Position numbers and translations under genes: made by a program. From assembly GCF_006345805.1 (NCBI RefSeq), contig NC_042999.1, forward strand, positions 54,498,001 to 54,562,000: DNA of 64,000 nucleotides, read 5' to 3'. Below, piece after piece: positions 25,689 to 38,027 of the stretch. This DNA comes from Octopus sinensis (Eukaryota). The notes under the pieces are model-generated. The model was not told where the DNA came from, searched no databases, and worked only from the letters and a program-made list of their open reading frames with translations. Position 1 is the first letter of the stretch. Each line of letters opens with the position of its first letter.

Positions 25689-26930
25689 TGTGAGTGAGAG
25701 AGAGAGAGAGAGCGAGAGGTGTGAAAGAGATAGTAAGAGAGAGGCAAACGGACATATTACGGAAATAGTCAGATTACGATAAAATGGCGCGAGAAATCCG
25801 GATGCAGAAAAGACTGTGGTTCGTTAGTTGAGGCTGAGATAACTAACTCTTCGTTTGTTTAATAAATTGAGATTTTTATGGGAATAAAACAAATGAGTCT
25901 TCAATAAAGACGAACTGCGAAAAGACGTTATTTTCTCTCTCTCATTCTCTTAAACAGATACACGCATACACACACATGCGCACACACATGCGCACACACT
26001 TACACACACTTACACACACTTACACACACACACACTTACACAAGCACACTCTTATTGACACGGCAATGTCGAACTTGAGTTCTTTTTCCAGTCATGTTTA
26101 AGGACATCATAGTCCATGTGATTAGAGAATTGTTGCTTGCCAAGATGGATCCTGGTGTCGAAGGTTTAAAGGGGTTTGCGGGAGGAGGGAGAAGAATTTT
26201 TCCAAGTACCGTATGACATTATGGGATCTTTTTCGTATAACTCTGTGCGTGCATATGCACGCGTGTATGCATGCCTGTATGTATGTACATACTTACGTAT
26301 GTACGCCTGTAATATCTTACATGAATATGTAAACTTAGACACAGCAGAAGGTTACACTCTCGTGAAAGCTGACGTTTCTGATTTCCTACTTCCCAGTTTA
26401 ACAAATTTAACCCTTACCAAATGGCACTTGGCTCACACAATTGATCATCATTATAATATTCGATGGGTTGCAACTGTCCACACTCGGACCGCCCTTCCTC
26501 TGCTTATTCTTTCTAAGTCATGAGTTGTCTTCTAAGAAATCTTCAATAGACAGCAGGCTTTCAGTTGCCGGATATCCCGTTGATCAGTAAAATACCGCCA
26601 CTGAAATACATTCTTCGGATATGTGGTCACACGCAAAGTATTATATAGACAGAGCAGTTGTGATCTTCTGGTGACTCACCACGCTGTGTTCTTCATTGAA
26701 GTGGCATTGATGTCTCAGAAGTGCATAGGAAATGTCTAGAATTGGATTCTTATCAGATACAGTTGTACATTTAGCGCAAAATATGGTGATAGCCAGCAGC
26801 GATTTGGTTACTATTTCTAGCAAAATGAGTAATCCCATAAGAACTCCGTCGACGTTTACTGTAGAGATCCGGAATACAATAAAACAATCAAATTTTAAAA
26901 CGATAATTATTTGTTCACTCAAGTTCTTTT

Positions 26931-26973
<43 letters not shown>

Positions 26974-27222
26974 GATACTGTTGCTGCTGGTGCTAGACAA
27001 TGGTAATTCACATTCATTTTGGGTGAGTCTTATCATAGTCACTCATAACAATTATGTACGTGACACTTGTCAGATGTCGACTGTGTGTGTATGTGCATGC
27101 ATGTATGTATGTAGAGACACACACAAGTTTCCTTCCGATTTCAAATACTATATATATACATCATATATAATGTAGAGACACACACACACATATATAATGC
27201 GTATATATATATTATGCATGGA

Positions 27223-27299
<77 letters not shown>

Positions 27300-27321
27300 C
27301 ATACATACATACATACATACA

Positions 27322-27445
27322 TGACTGCAGCCATGCTGGAGCACCGCCTTTAGTCGAGCAACTCGACCCCGGGACTTATTCTAATGGCGGTGCCCCAGCA
27401 TGGCCACAGCTCATGAGCTGAAACTGGAAAAATAAAAAAAAAATC
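27322..27445. mobile_element. SINE A 3' tail (minus) joined to a CR1-type tail (plus)
   Basis: gccatgctggagcaccgcc ... ggcggtgccccagcatggccacagctcatgagctgaaactgg plus poly-A. Confidence 0.8.
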
Positions 27446-27674
27446 AAATCATATGTATGTACATATATGTATGTGCATAGATATATAAATAGAAGAACCA
27501 CTTCAGATCTACCCTTCTATAATGTATATACATTATATATGATGTATATATATAGTATGTATGTATGGTATATATGTATGGATGGATGTATGGTATGGAT
27601 CTATGGTATGTATGTATGTATGCCTGTATATATGTGTGTGTGTACATGTGTATACACATAATTGTGATACGGTT

Positions 27675-27860
27675 TCACAATAGAAAATATGTCCTTGGCA
27701 TCAACTGAAAAGGAGTCATGAGAAAGATGGATGTCCTGCCTTTAGTTCGGTCTGTACGATCTGCACGGATGATGGAGAAATCTTTTATTTCCACCTCGGC
27801 ATCTATATAGGTGAGTTTCAGTAAGGATAAAGAAAGTGGTGCTGTGTGCCGTTTCATACA
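27675..27860 (-). mobile_element. CR1-like APE endonuclease fragment
   Basis: LKLTYIDAEVEIKDFSIIRADRTDRTKGRTSIF resembles the ETWL...DAEI.I.GY...RxDR...GGV motif. Confidence 0.6.
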
Positions 27861-27863
27861 TTG

Positions 27864-27933
<70 letters not shown>

Positions 27934-28129
27934 TAAATTAGAAATAAAACCACTATTAGGCAAATCAAACAATGAAAAACATAAGCCAATACATAAAATT
28001 AATTAATTATATTATTTTAAATATATATCAAAAGTATTAAAAGTTTAATATAATATATTTTACTATAAAATTGGATTTAATCCCAAATCTGATTTTTCCC
28101 TGTAGGTTTGGATTTATTCCCTAATATTT

Positions 28130-28163
<34 letters not shown>

Positions 28164-28166
<3 letters not shown>

Positions 28167-28393
28167 ATATGTGACAATTATTCGGTAGCCATGATAAAAT
28201 TCCGAGTTTCGGATGCCGAGGTGGAAATCCACGCCACCATCTCTTCAGTTATCCGGCCAAAGGAAAAGCTTTCCATCTCATATTAGGATTTTTCCGATGG
28301 TCGGATAACTGAAGAGATGGCGGCGTGGATTTCCACCTCGGCATCCGAAACTTGGAGTTTTATCATGGCTACCGAATAATTGTCACATATTAC
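28164..28393. mobile_element. Near-perfect fold-back in (TA)n with a hammerhead in each arm (28193-28253 minus; 28304-28364 plus)
   Basis: ~96-bp arms; gataa-CTGAAGA-gatg...gtggatttccac...catcc-GAAA-CTTGGAG-TT-ttatc. Confidence 0.85.
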
Positions 28394-28418
28394 AATTACA
28401 GATATATATATATTGTGG

Positions 28419-28800
28419 AGGCGCAATGGCCAGTGGTTAGGGCAGCAGACTCGCGGTCGTAGGATCGCAGTTTCGATTCCCAGCCCGGGCGTTGTTAGTA
28501 TTTATTGAGCGAAAACACCTAAAGCTCCACGAGGCTCCGGCAGGGTGTTGTGGCGAATTCTGCTGTACTCTTTCACCACAACTTTTTCTCACTCCTTTCT
28601 TTCTTCCTGTTCTTGTTGTATCTGTATTTCAAAGGGCCAGCCTTGTCACACTCTGTGTCACGTTGAATTCCCCTGAGAACTACATGAAGGGTACACGAGT
28701 CTGTGAAGTGCTCAGCTACTTGAACATTAATTTCACGAGCAGGCTGCTCCGTTGATCGAATCAACTGAAACCCTCGTCGTCGCAGCCGACGGAGTGCCAC
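28419..28800 (+). mobile_element. SINE family C, full length
   Basis: tRNA-like head; body tttattgagcgaaaacacctaaagctccacgaggctccggc; tail gtatttcaaagggccagccttgtcacac...gttgatcgaatcaactg...ccgacggagtgccac. Confidence 0.9.
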
Positions 28801-29289
28801 GATATATTATATGATCTACCCATAGTTACAGTTTTTATTCTTATCTTCCAGAATTCAAGAACAAGAATAGCTTCCTTTACGTTTATATATCTGTCTGTCT
28901 GTCTACCCTTCTTTCTTATCTCTTTCTTTCTTTCTCTCTCTCTCGTCTCTTTCCCTCTCTTCCTTCCACCCCTCTTTCTACCCCCTCTCCCTCTTCCTCA
29001 TTCTCTTCCTCCTTCTGCTGCTCTTCCCCTTCTAAATCTCTCTTGATTTACTCTCCTCAGTTCCAGCGACTTTCTCAGCACACCCATCCTCCGCCTTTTT
29101 GCCCCACCCTTTCTTCCTTTCTTACCCTTTCTCCCTCTCTCGCCCTATCACCTTCCTCTCCACCTCATTACCACTACCATTGCTATACTATATCAAGCTC
29201 CAACCACACTTCACTCCCCTCTTATACTCCGAGTATCTCTCAACATCATTCCTCAAACTAATTCCTCTAAATTCAACTTACTCCCTGAT

Positions 29290-29640
29290 ACAATAATGCT
29301 TTAAGGCAGGTTTCGAAGAGGTCGCCCGCATAAGCTCTCGGCCATGTTTTATGAGTTCGTTGAGGGCGACATGGCGTGGAAGGCGGCCAACATTACAAAT
29401 GCAGAATGGATGGATGGAGGCTAAAAGAACCCACACTAGATCCGCAGCGGCATTTGTGAGACTCACCGAACTGGAGGACAAGCCCGAGGGAAACGCCGAT
29501 GCGCGACTGTTGCTATCAAGTTGGGTGACAGTCACGAGTGTTGGCACCGCGGAGAGCCAAGCATAGCCGTGGGGCTCGAACGCTGAGCGGATACATACCA
29601 GGTGACGCTGGTCAGGTCGGCGCAATAACTCGTAATTAAC
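29290..29640 (-). mobile_element. CRE-like (RLE-type) LINE fragment
   Basis: EPHGYAWLSAVP...QLDS, frameshifted RIGVSLGL...HKCRCGSSV...CNVGRLPRHVALNELIKH: CRE-type C-terminal Zn-finger region. Confidence 0.7.
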
Positions 29641-29839
29641 TACTAATTTGTACACTCACATGACACTGCTTGCTTTCCTCTTTCTCTCTCACTTTCTCTC
29701 TTTTTTCTCTCTATCTAGCCCTCCCTTCCCCTCCCTCCCACCTTCTCTCACTCCCTGCCCCTCTCTTTCCGCTTCTCTTCCTCCTCCTCCCCTCTCTCTC
29801 TCAATTTATCTCTTCCATTTTCCTTTATTTCCACAACTT

Positions 29840-30235
29840 TTACAATACTAAAACACATCCCAACACAACAACAACAACAACACCCAAAGACACTACAATA
29901 GCACTCCAAGATACTGCCTAATACTTTGTGCGCACGCACACACCACAACACTTCTGAAACACTCCATAACACTACTATCTGACCCTAGAATATAGTAGCA
30001 ACACTCCACAATCCCAATACTTCATATGACCTACTACCATATTCCAAAACACTACCACAACACTGCAGAAAAACTACTATCACTGCACTGCACAACACGA
30101 CCATAGCACTTCACAATACTACCGCAACACTCGAGGACACTATCACAACACAGCAACACGGCAAAACACTCCACAACACAACTAGAACACTCGCAGAACA
30201 CTAATACAACAGTTCAGAACATGATTACAGTGCCA
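29840..30235. repeat. Degenerate ~11-bp CA-rich tandem repeat (caacactacca-like)
   Basis: Recurrent acactaccaca/acactccaca/acactatcaca units. Confidence 0.6.
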
Positions 30236-31523
30236 TTTAAAAAAAAAAAACATGCGTATTCTTCGGTCCAAACACATCCACAACACCCTAAAACTCAGAC
30301 AAAACTATATTCAGTTGTCAATGTTTTATATGGTAAATATTGGGCCAAATCAGCGTTCTAGCTGTGACCACTGTTCCGTTTTTCTGCCAATTTATATTCA
30401 CAACTGAATATTTAAGAAAGTTTCCTTCCGATTTCAAATGCTAGAGTGGAGTTAGAGAAACACTTAGCTGTTATTTCCAATACATCTAGCTACCATCTAC
30501 AGATTAAAAGCAGAAGAACAGCAGATGTCATGAAAAGAGTAGGTTCATCTTGTCTACACCTGTTGCTGTTAACACCAGATGTAAAGGCATACATACTAAT
30601 TAATGAATAAGACTCGTTTCTTAGACTCTTACAGCAGACAAATACTTTTCAAGTGTTACACATTTCGGAATGGAAGGCTAGATCTGAAGTGGTTCTTCTA
30701 TTTTTCTATGTGCGATAGAATCGTCTAATCTTGGGTGATGAGGAGTTAAATACCACACACATTGAAGCAGATGGGACACAGAAAAATATTCTACATGGCT
30801 GTTTGTTTTAGAAGTCGGCTTTGTGTCGTCTCTTGTTCAATTCTATTGCGCAGCACCTCAAGCAAGAATTTTTACTGTATCCCCGGTTAGACCAATGCCC
30901 TGAATCAATTTGGAAAGCGGACACTGTGTGGAGGCTCATCTTAAACAGACAGAGGTATGTGCCCTGGTGTTTGTTTAAGGATCCCTTAGCGGTTTTTACA
31001 AAGGAGATCGATTAAGTAAGTACCAAACTTAAAATTATTAGTAGGGCCGATTTGTTCGACTAAATCCTTGTAGGAGGTGCACCAGCATGACCGCATTCCA
31101 GTGAATGGAACAATTAAAAGGTAACAAACACCGTTCTACCGCCATTCTGTTTCTCCATACAAGAAGTAGAGAGTTTATGTGCTGACAAAACTCAGCTGAA
31201 GGTCTCTTCTAACTTGTATTAAAGAAAGAGATGTGTGAGGACTACACGAGAGCCACACACCAATGATCGTGAAAATTAATGTTTTTTTTTTTTTTTTGGT
31301 GGGGCTTTGTTTTGCCTTGTTTTCCAGGATTTCGACAAGGCGAAACGAACTATGGATCTTTCGAATCGTTCCGTTGAATTCTGTCGAAGTAACCATTTTA
31401 AAACTCAACCATCACTCTTCTTCGATTGAAGCAACCCTGTAGAACACAGATCAGTTAATACGAAAACTACTGATTTTTTTTAAAGAATAAAATATTTTGA
31501 ATGACACAATGGACTACAATAAC

Positions 31524-31588
31524 TGTTGTAATTTAATCATCCATCATCCGATATGATATTTCGGAATAAAAATTCCTTCTTCAGATAT
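31524..31588 (-). ncRNA. 65-nt hammerhead cassette, copy 1
   Basis: (g)atat-CTGAAGA-a-ggaat-tttt-attcc-GAAA-TA-TC-atat(c)...; identical to 43922-43986. Confidence 0.8.
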
Positions 31589-31851
31589 CCCTAGGAGTTG
31601 ATGGAGTGGCTGCTATAATCGGTTTTCCAACGGCTTTTCTGGGTTTTTTTTTCCGGAAGCGTCTCAGCAGTGGTCTCACGAAGTTCCTTCCGGAATTCCT
31701 CATGAGAAGTGCGTGAGGTCAGCCATGTTCCAATCTCGTGTGTGCTGGTACATCCGTGGCGCTGCTTCTAAGTTATATGTTATACGTGCAGATTCCCTTT
31801 TCCCCACTTTTTTTTTGTTGTTATAAACAATACATGAGAATGTATTGGAGG

Positions 31852-32207
31852 GGGCGTAGCTGTATGGTAAGAAGCTTGCTTTCCAATCACATGGTTCCTG
31901 GTCCAGTCCCACTGCGTGGCACCTTGGGAAAGTGTCTGCTGCTACAGCCTCGGGCCGACCAAAGCCTTGTGAGTGGATTTGATAGACGGAAACTGAAAGA
32001 AGCCCGACACAAACACACACATATATATATATATGTGTGTGTGTTTGTGTCGGTGTTTGTCCCCACCACTATCGCTTGACAACCGATGTTGGTGTGTTTA
32101 CGTCTCGATAACTTATCAGTTCGCCAAAGAGACCGTTTAAGTAAGTACTAGGTTCACAAAGCATGGCCGTAGTCAAAACGACTGAAACAAGTAAAAGAAT
32201 AAAAGAA
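31852..32207 (+). mobile_element. SINE family A, near full length
   Basis: Head, caccttgggaaagtgtct box and tail as in the reference copy. Confidence 0.9.
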
Positions 32208-32614
32208 TAATTGGAAGAGAAAAAAAAATTCAAAGAACATTCTGTGTACAATATAAGTACACACACACACATTCACACACACACACACACACACACGTTT
32301 AGAATAATAACAATTACACGTGAATTTCCAAAAATATATCATTTAATGGTTGTTTAGATCTAGAAAGACTTTTTTTCTTCTTAATCTAATTTATAACTAA
32401 AAATAGATTCTGGAAACTTTCCGTTTAATATTAGAGGCGGCTATTTTAATTGTAGACTGCTAAGTTTTTTTCTCCTGTTTCTTTTTTCATTCTTCCCGTA
32501 AAGAATTGTGTAAACATTAGTTTACCTGTTATATCAAATTACACGGGAAGACTTAGTGAAAATCTTGCGCTACTACGACGATACATACTTTCTCTCGAAG
32601 CACGTCTCATTTGA

Positions 32615-33284
32615 AGGCGTGTGGCTCGATGGTTAAGGATATTCCGCTCGCGATCGTAAGGGCGCGAGTTCGATTTCCGGCGGCGCGTTGTGTCCTTGAG
32701 CAAGACACTTTATTTCACTTTGCTCCACTCTATTCAGCCCGCAAAAATGAATAGTATCTGTATTTCAAAGGGCCAGCCTTGTCACATTCTGGTTCACGCT
32801 GTATCTCCCTGAGAACTCATCATCATCATTGTTCGACCGTGGTCGAGACAATGGAATTTACCATGCTACGCCAGACTTCACGGTCCATCATAGCATTACG
32901 GGGGGCCTGTTGCTGGATGCCTGTATCCCTGGAGATTACATCAGGGTAGGAGAGTGTGCGCCCTCTGGTATTGCGAGTAGATGGCTTCCAGAGGAGAAGA
33001 GTAGAAATTGCCTTGTTTTCAGCTCTACAACAATGTCCAGCAAACTGGACTCTCCTACCTTTCACAAGACATGACACAGGTGGTAGTTTCCCATATATTT
33101 GCATTTTGGTTGGATGACGCTTCCACGAGAGATTTTGAGCTCTCATAAGGAGGCGAGTGTAGGTTCCATCCAACCGCGGCAAGGGGTACGCGTGCCGGTG
33201 GGATGCTCGTTCATTTCATGAGCATGCTGTTCCGTTGATCGGATCAACTGGAACACTCACCGTCGTAAACGACGGAGAACCAGT
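32615..33284 (+). mobile_element. tRNA-derived SINE with CORE-like box and family-C tail, interrupted by an RTE fragment
   Basis: ggcgtgtggctcgatggtt...gagttcgatt...tgtgtccttgagcaagacacttt; the tail is shared with 28620-28800 and is split at ccctgagaact|...|caaggggtac. Confidence 0.85.
32818..33180 (-). mobile_element. RTE-like LINE 3' end with (ATG)n tail
   Basis: RLDGTYTRLLMRAQNLSWKRHPTK...RRVQFAGHC...MMDREVWRSMV; nearly identical to 58897-59255. Confidence 0.9.
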
Positions 33285-33895
33285 TATATTTAATTTGTAG
33301 TTTCAGTTAGACCATTCTTTTAACTATGTCTCTGTTTCAACCTATCCATTGTTTCAAAACTCTACAGTTTTTATATTACAGCTATCGGTACATACTCACC
33401 CATCCTACGGCCCTGTACCTCCCACAGCCCAGTACCTCCTCCTTACAAATTTTATTAACACATTAACTACCAAAATATTTTATTCATATTTTTTGGCTTT
33501 GCCAGATGTCTTAGGTGTTAAAATAATATATAGTATTTAAATTTTCTTCATATGTGAATTATTTTGGAAATTATAAATTTTTCAGAAAGTCCCAAATAGG
33601 GATCGCTGAAAAGCAAGCATATTTATCCTTTTCTATTCAATTGCAATAATAAATATTTTAGTTGTTTTTGTTTTCTTTGGAAACTATAGTATCAAATGGG
33701 AATGTGTCTGAAATATCAATGAATGATGTGGATGGGAAAGGCCAAAAAAAAAAAACGTTTACAAAACAGCCAATATTTTTGTGGTCCAAAAATTGCGATT
33801 TATGCCATAAAATATTGTCTAGAATTATCCAGAGCTAATAATGACAGATTTTAATTACTAAATATTGTTAAACAAATCCATGCAAATGCAATGTA

Positions 33896-35180
33896 TACGA
33901 GGGGCGTTCAATAAGTAATGCCCCTGACCCACTTCCCATAGTAGTAGAGCAACGAAACTTGGCACAGTTATTAGTCTTTTTCTACATAGGAACCACCCAG
34001 AGTTACGTATTTCTCACATCGTTTGATGCAGCTCTGAAGACCGTTTTTGTAGAAGACCCCAGCTTGGTCCTCCAACCACGACGTGACTTCAGAAATCAAG
34101 GCTGCATCATCTGGGAAACGCTTTCCTTTCAAAAACAACTTCATGACTGGGAAGAGGTGAAAATCAGAGGGTGCAGGTCAGGAGAGTAGGGGGGATGGTG
34201 GATGAGTTCATAGCCGCACGCCTGTGCTTCTGATCAGGCGACACTCGAGTTGTGGATCGGGGCGTTGTCCTGCAGGAGGAGGATGCCTTTGCTGATTTTG
34301 CCCCGCCTCTTGATTTTGATAGCTTCTCTTAATTTCCTCAAAAGTGAAGCATAATAGACTCCTGTAATTGTGGCACCCTTTGCCAGGAAATCTGTCATCA
34401 CTACTCCGGCCTGGCCCCAGAAGACTGTGAGCATGACCTTACCAGCGGAGGGCTGCACCCTTGCCTTCTTTGGAGGAGGTGAGTCACGGTGCTTCCACTG
34501 CATTGACTGGGCTTAGGACTCTGGATCATAGTGATGGACCCAGGTTTCATCCTGTGTAATCACTCTTTTGAAAAATTTTGACTCATCTTCTTGGCACATC
34601 TCCAAATTCATCCTCGAGCAATCGACGCGTTCTTGCTTCTGGAAAGGTGTGAGCAACCTGGGAATCCATCTGGCAGACACCTTTTGCATATGCAAATGGT
34701 CATGAATGATAGTTTCCACAGACCCGGTACTAATCTTGACCTCATGGGCTTTGGCGAATAGTTATGCGTCGATCTTCCAAAATGGCAGCCTCAACTTGAC
34801 GGACAGATGCCTCATCAATGGCAGAAGGGGGCGACCAGATCTGGGAGTTGTTTCCACAAAGTTCCGACCATGTTTGAATTCACGATGCCAGCGTTTTACA
34901 AGGTCATATGATGGGGCATCATCACCATAAGTTACTTTTATTTCATCAAAAGTCTCCCGTGGTGTGCGTCCTTTCAAATACAAAAACTGCTCGACACTCA
35001 ACAGGCTCCATGTCGCACTTGACTCAGTTCAAACACCTGTAAATCAGAAACCACAATTAGTTCAGAGCTGTAATTTACCACTTAATCTATAGAGATATAG
35101 ATAATTGCACATGCAAAGTTTCAGCTACATCAAACAACTGCAAGTTGGTCAGAGGCATTACTTATTGAACGCCCCTCGTA
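33896..35180 (-). mobile_element. Full-length mariner (DD34D) transposon with a pseudogenised transposase
   Basis: TIRs tacgaggggcgttcaataagtaatgcc / ggcattacttattgaacgcccctcgta with flanking TA; WIPRLL, ITQDETWV, QDNAPIH...34 aa...YSPDLHPSD; stops and frameshifts present. Confidence 0.95.
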
Positions 35181-37527
35181 TAAGCGATTTACTTTAAATA
35201 CAACGAACAACCGGCAGTGAGACTGTTTTTAGCAGATCCCCAAATGGGGTTCATGGCAGGAAATGGGTTAAATTCAAGGCTTTGACAATAAAGAAACATT
35301 TAGAGTTATTGCCTTCAATTTAAGGGGTTTTTAGACAAAAGTGTGATATTAGGACCCGGTTTCAATGTCTAGCAATAAAGAAATCGCTGTAAGAGATACC
35401 ATAGTTCTTCAAAAAAGACAATATTATAAAACCTGATATCTTTTTTATTTTTTTATCTTTGAAGTCAGCGTCAAATAAATTTATAGGATTATCAGTAATT
35501 CTTTACCTTGGCCGTCTGTCTTTCTGTAACGTATCTGAAATTCTCATCTTTCTCTCCTTCCCTCCCTCCCTCAGTAGTTATATCTAATATAATTTTCCGG
35601 TGGATTGTTACCAAATACAGAACCATAAAGCCTTGAAATTGAATATTTTTGTGCCTATCAAAGGTATCTTTTAACCACTCAGTTTCCATCCCTAAACATA
35701 CTGTTAATGACTTTTGCATTGAATTAGTACCACCGAAGTTGCATTGATCTCAGACTAGCAAGAACACTATTTGATGAATGTTTTAATAGAAATCGTCTTT
35801 CAGATAAATCTTGCGGTAGATTAGCAGAAGGTTGGGGAGTCACTCACCTGGTTGATTTCAGGAAATCTGATATCACCGGAAGTACGAAGTAATAGGAGTT
35901 TAACAGATAAAAGAAAGATGCAGACAACTTTGTATGTTTTATTCCATTATGAATAATTCGGAGCTAAATGTTGTTGTTCATACTGTAGGGGTCACACTGT
36001 TCATCCCTCCGGCGTTAAATGAACTCCCAGAGATACTCGTACGAGATACGAAGAGTACTACAGCGCCGTGTATTTAAGGTAGACCCAAGTACCTTCTGCT
36101 TGCTGGGTGTGGTTCTCGTCTTGGAAGTTCACAAGCTCAACACTGTGGTTCAGTTCTACGCCAAAATTGGTATCTCTGGCGAGTATGCTCACTAGAAGGC
36201 GCTTTAAATCGTTGTTTCCGGCAGAATCGAGTGTCGCATCCGGCAGTAGGAAAACAAAATTAATCTCCTAAGAAGAAGAGTGCACTCTTCCAACCACGTC
36301 GTCAAGTGGCTAAAATTACGTAACTTTAATTACTTCAAACTTTGAAGCACTTAAGAAATTTCTCTAGAAAAACAGGTAATTTGGTTTTCGTTAATAGCAT
36401 GTGAAATTAAATTAAAGCTTCGTGTTTTTAAAAAATTCATCCTGTGAAAATCTGAAATACTTCAAGTGATTGAAAACAAGATACAAGACTGATAGTGTAA
36501 GTATGTGACTTAAGGAAACACATAAATCTGGGGGTAAATTTGTTCGATTAAACCCCTTCAAGTAAAATAAAAGGTATGTAAGGTTATTGGAGAGAAGGGC
36601 TTCATTGTACAGAAAATGGATGCAACACTGTCTGAGGTGGGGGTGGGGTTACAATGGCATCAAAATGTGGTCCTTTAATACAGAAATAGTCTTTTAATTA
36701 TGATAGTAATTGATGTTGTTTAGCCCAGGGTCGATCCTAATTGAGCAATATGATCAAAGACGTTACACTGCTGACCATCTTTTAATCATTGTGCCCCCAG
36801 GAATACATTATCCAATGAGTCATTCTCATTTTAAGATAGCAGGGTGTTATTTGAGTGAAATTTGGCCGCTATATCTAGCAGGTTTAATGTGTGGAAGTGG
36901 GCTTCTATGGGTCTGCTTGCATCCTGTGATTATGAGGATTATGTCTTCTTTGATATTTGCTTTTGTTGGAATAACCCTTTAACAAGCCCTTATTTAATAT
37001 CCCTGGGCATGATTTACCGTCTTTCATCATGAAAGACGCACCAACCATGCCCATCTTCACTTTGTTCCTGAGTATAATGTATTTAGAATAACCTTATTTA
37101 GTGCGTTGCTTTCAATGTATTTCAGTTTTACGATGTGTGATTTGACGAAGATTTGGCTGCTATTTCTAGCAAGTTAAGAGACCACAGTGGTTCCTTCATT
37201 TATATTTTTGTCGTTATTTAATGTAAATTTAACCCCAGACAGAACAGGCAGAACCATCTAGGGATCTTCTACACACTCAGTCGATAAGCTAGAACTAATA
37301 GTCAAATCAACGTCAAATTACTCCCTACTCACTGAATGCAGAAAATATCATTTGATATTACATATTTGGAAATTAGATGGAAAGGTCACGGCTGAAACGT
37401 CGTTAGGACAACAGAATGTCGAATGGGAAAACAATGTGGGAATCAACATAAAAATGTGGAAAAATAGAAATTTTAATAAATCTCAGAGCGAGTTATAAAC
37501 AGTAGCTACAACACATCGTGACGTACA

Positions 37528-37620
37528 TTTGCCATTTAAATATGGTTAACCCCTAAGGGTGGATGCTACTGTAGTTTATAGCCCCATGAGGACACCTCCT
37601 CCAGCTGGCCATAGACACGT
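37528..37620 (+). repeat. Single arm of the structured fold-back family
   Basis: gccatttaaatatggt-acccctaagggt-gctactgtag...tagcccca...ctccagctggc...acac matches 53385-53475. Confidence 0.7.
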
Positions 37621-37674
37621 CAGAAATTTTAATGTTTTGCCGTAAACTGTTGTTGTTGCAGTTGCTGCTTGTTT

Positions 37675-38027
37675 GTTTGTTTGTTTGTTGAGAGAAGCTG
37701 TCTTCGTCCCAGAGCTAGTGGGAGAGGTCCGAAACGTGGTCCTTTGCTATTCGTAAGACCGGCAGAAGAGAGCATCGACGGATGGATGAATGCGCATCCA
37801 GGCTCAGCGGTTGTGTAGGGAGTCGGGGACAAGAAACAGGAAGAAAGAGTGAGAGAAAGTTGGAGCGAAAGAGTACAACAGGGGTTGCCACCACACCCCG
37901 CTGCCGGAGCCTCGTGGAGTTTTAGGTGTTTTCGCTCAATAAACACACATAATGCCCAGTCTGGGAATCGAAACCGCGATCCTCCGACCGCGAGTCCTGT
38001 GCCCTAACCAATGGGCCATTGCGCCTC
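37675..38027 (-). mobile_element. SINE family C head with a third, unrelated tail ending in (CAAA)n
   Basis: Reverse complement ggcgcaatggcccattggttagggcacaggactcgcggtcggaggatcgcggtttcgattcccagac; the tail differs from the 23021 and 28419 copies. Confidence 0.85.
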
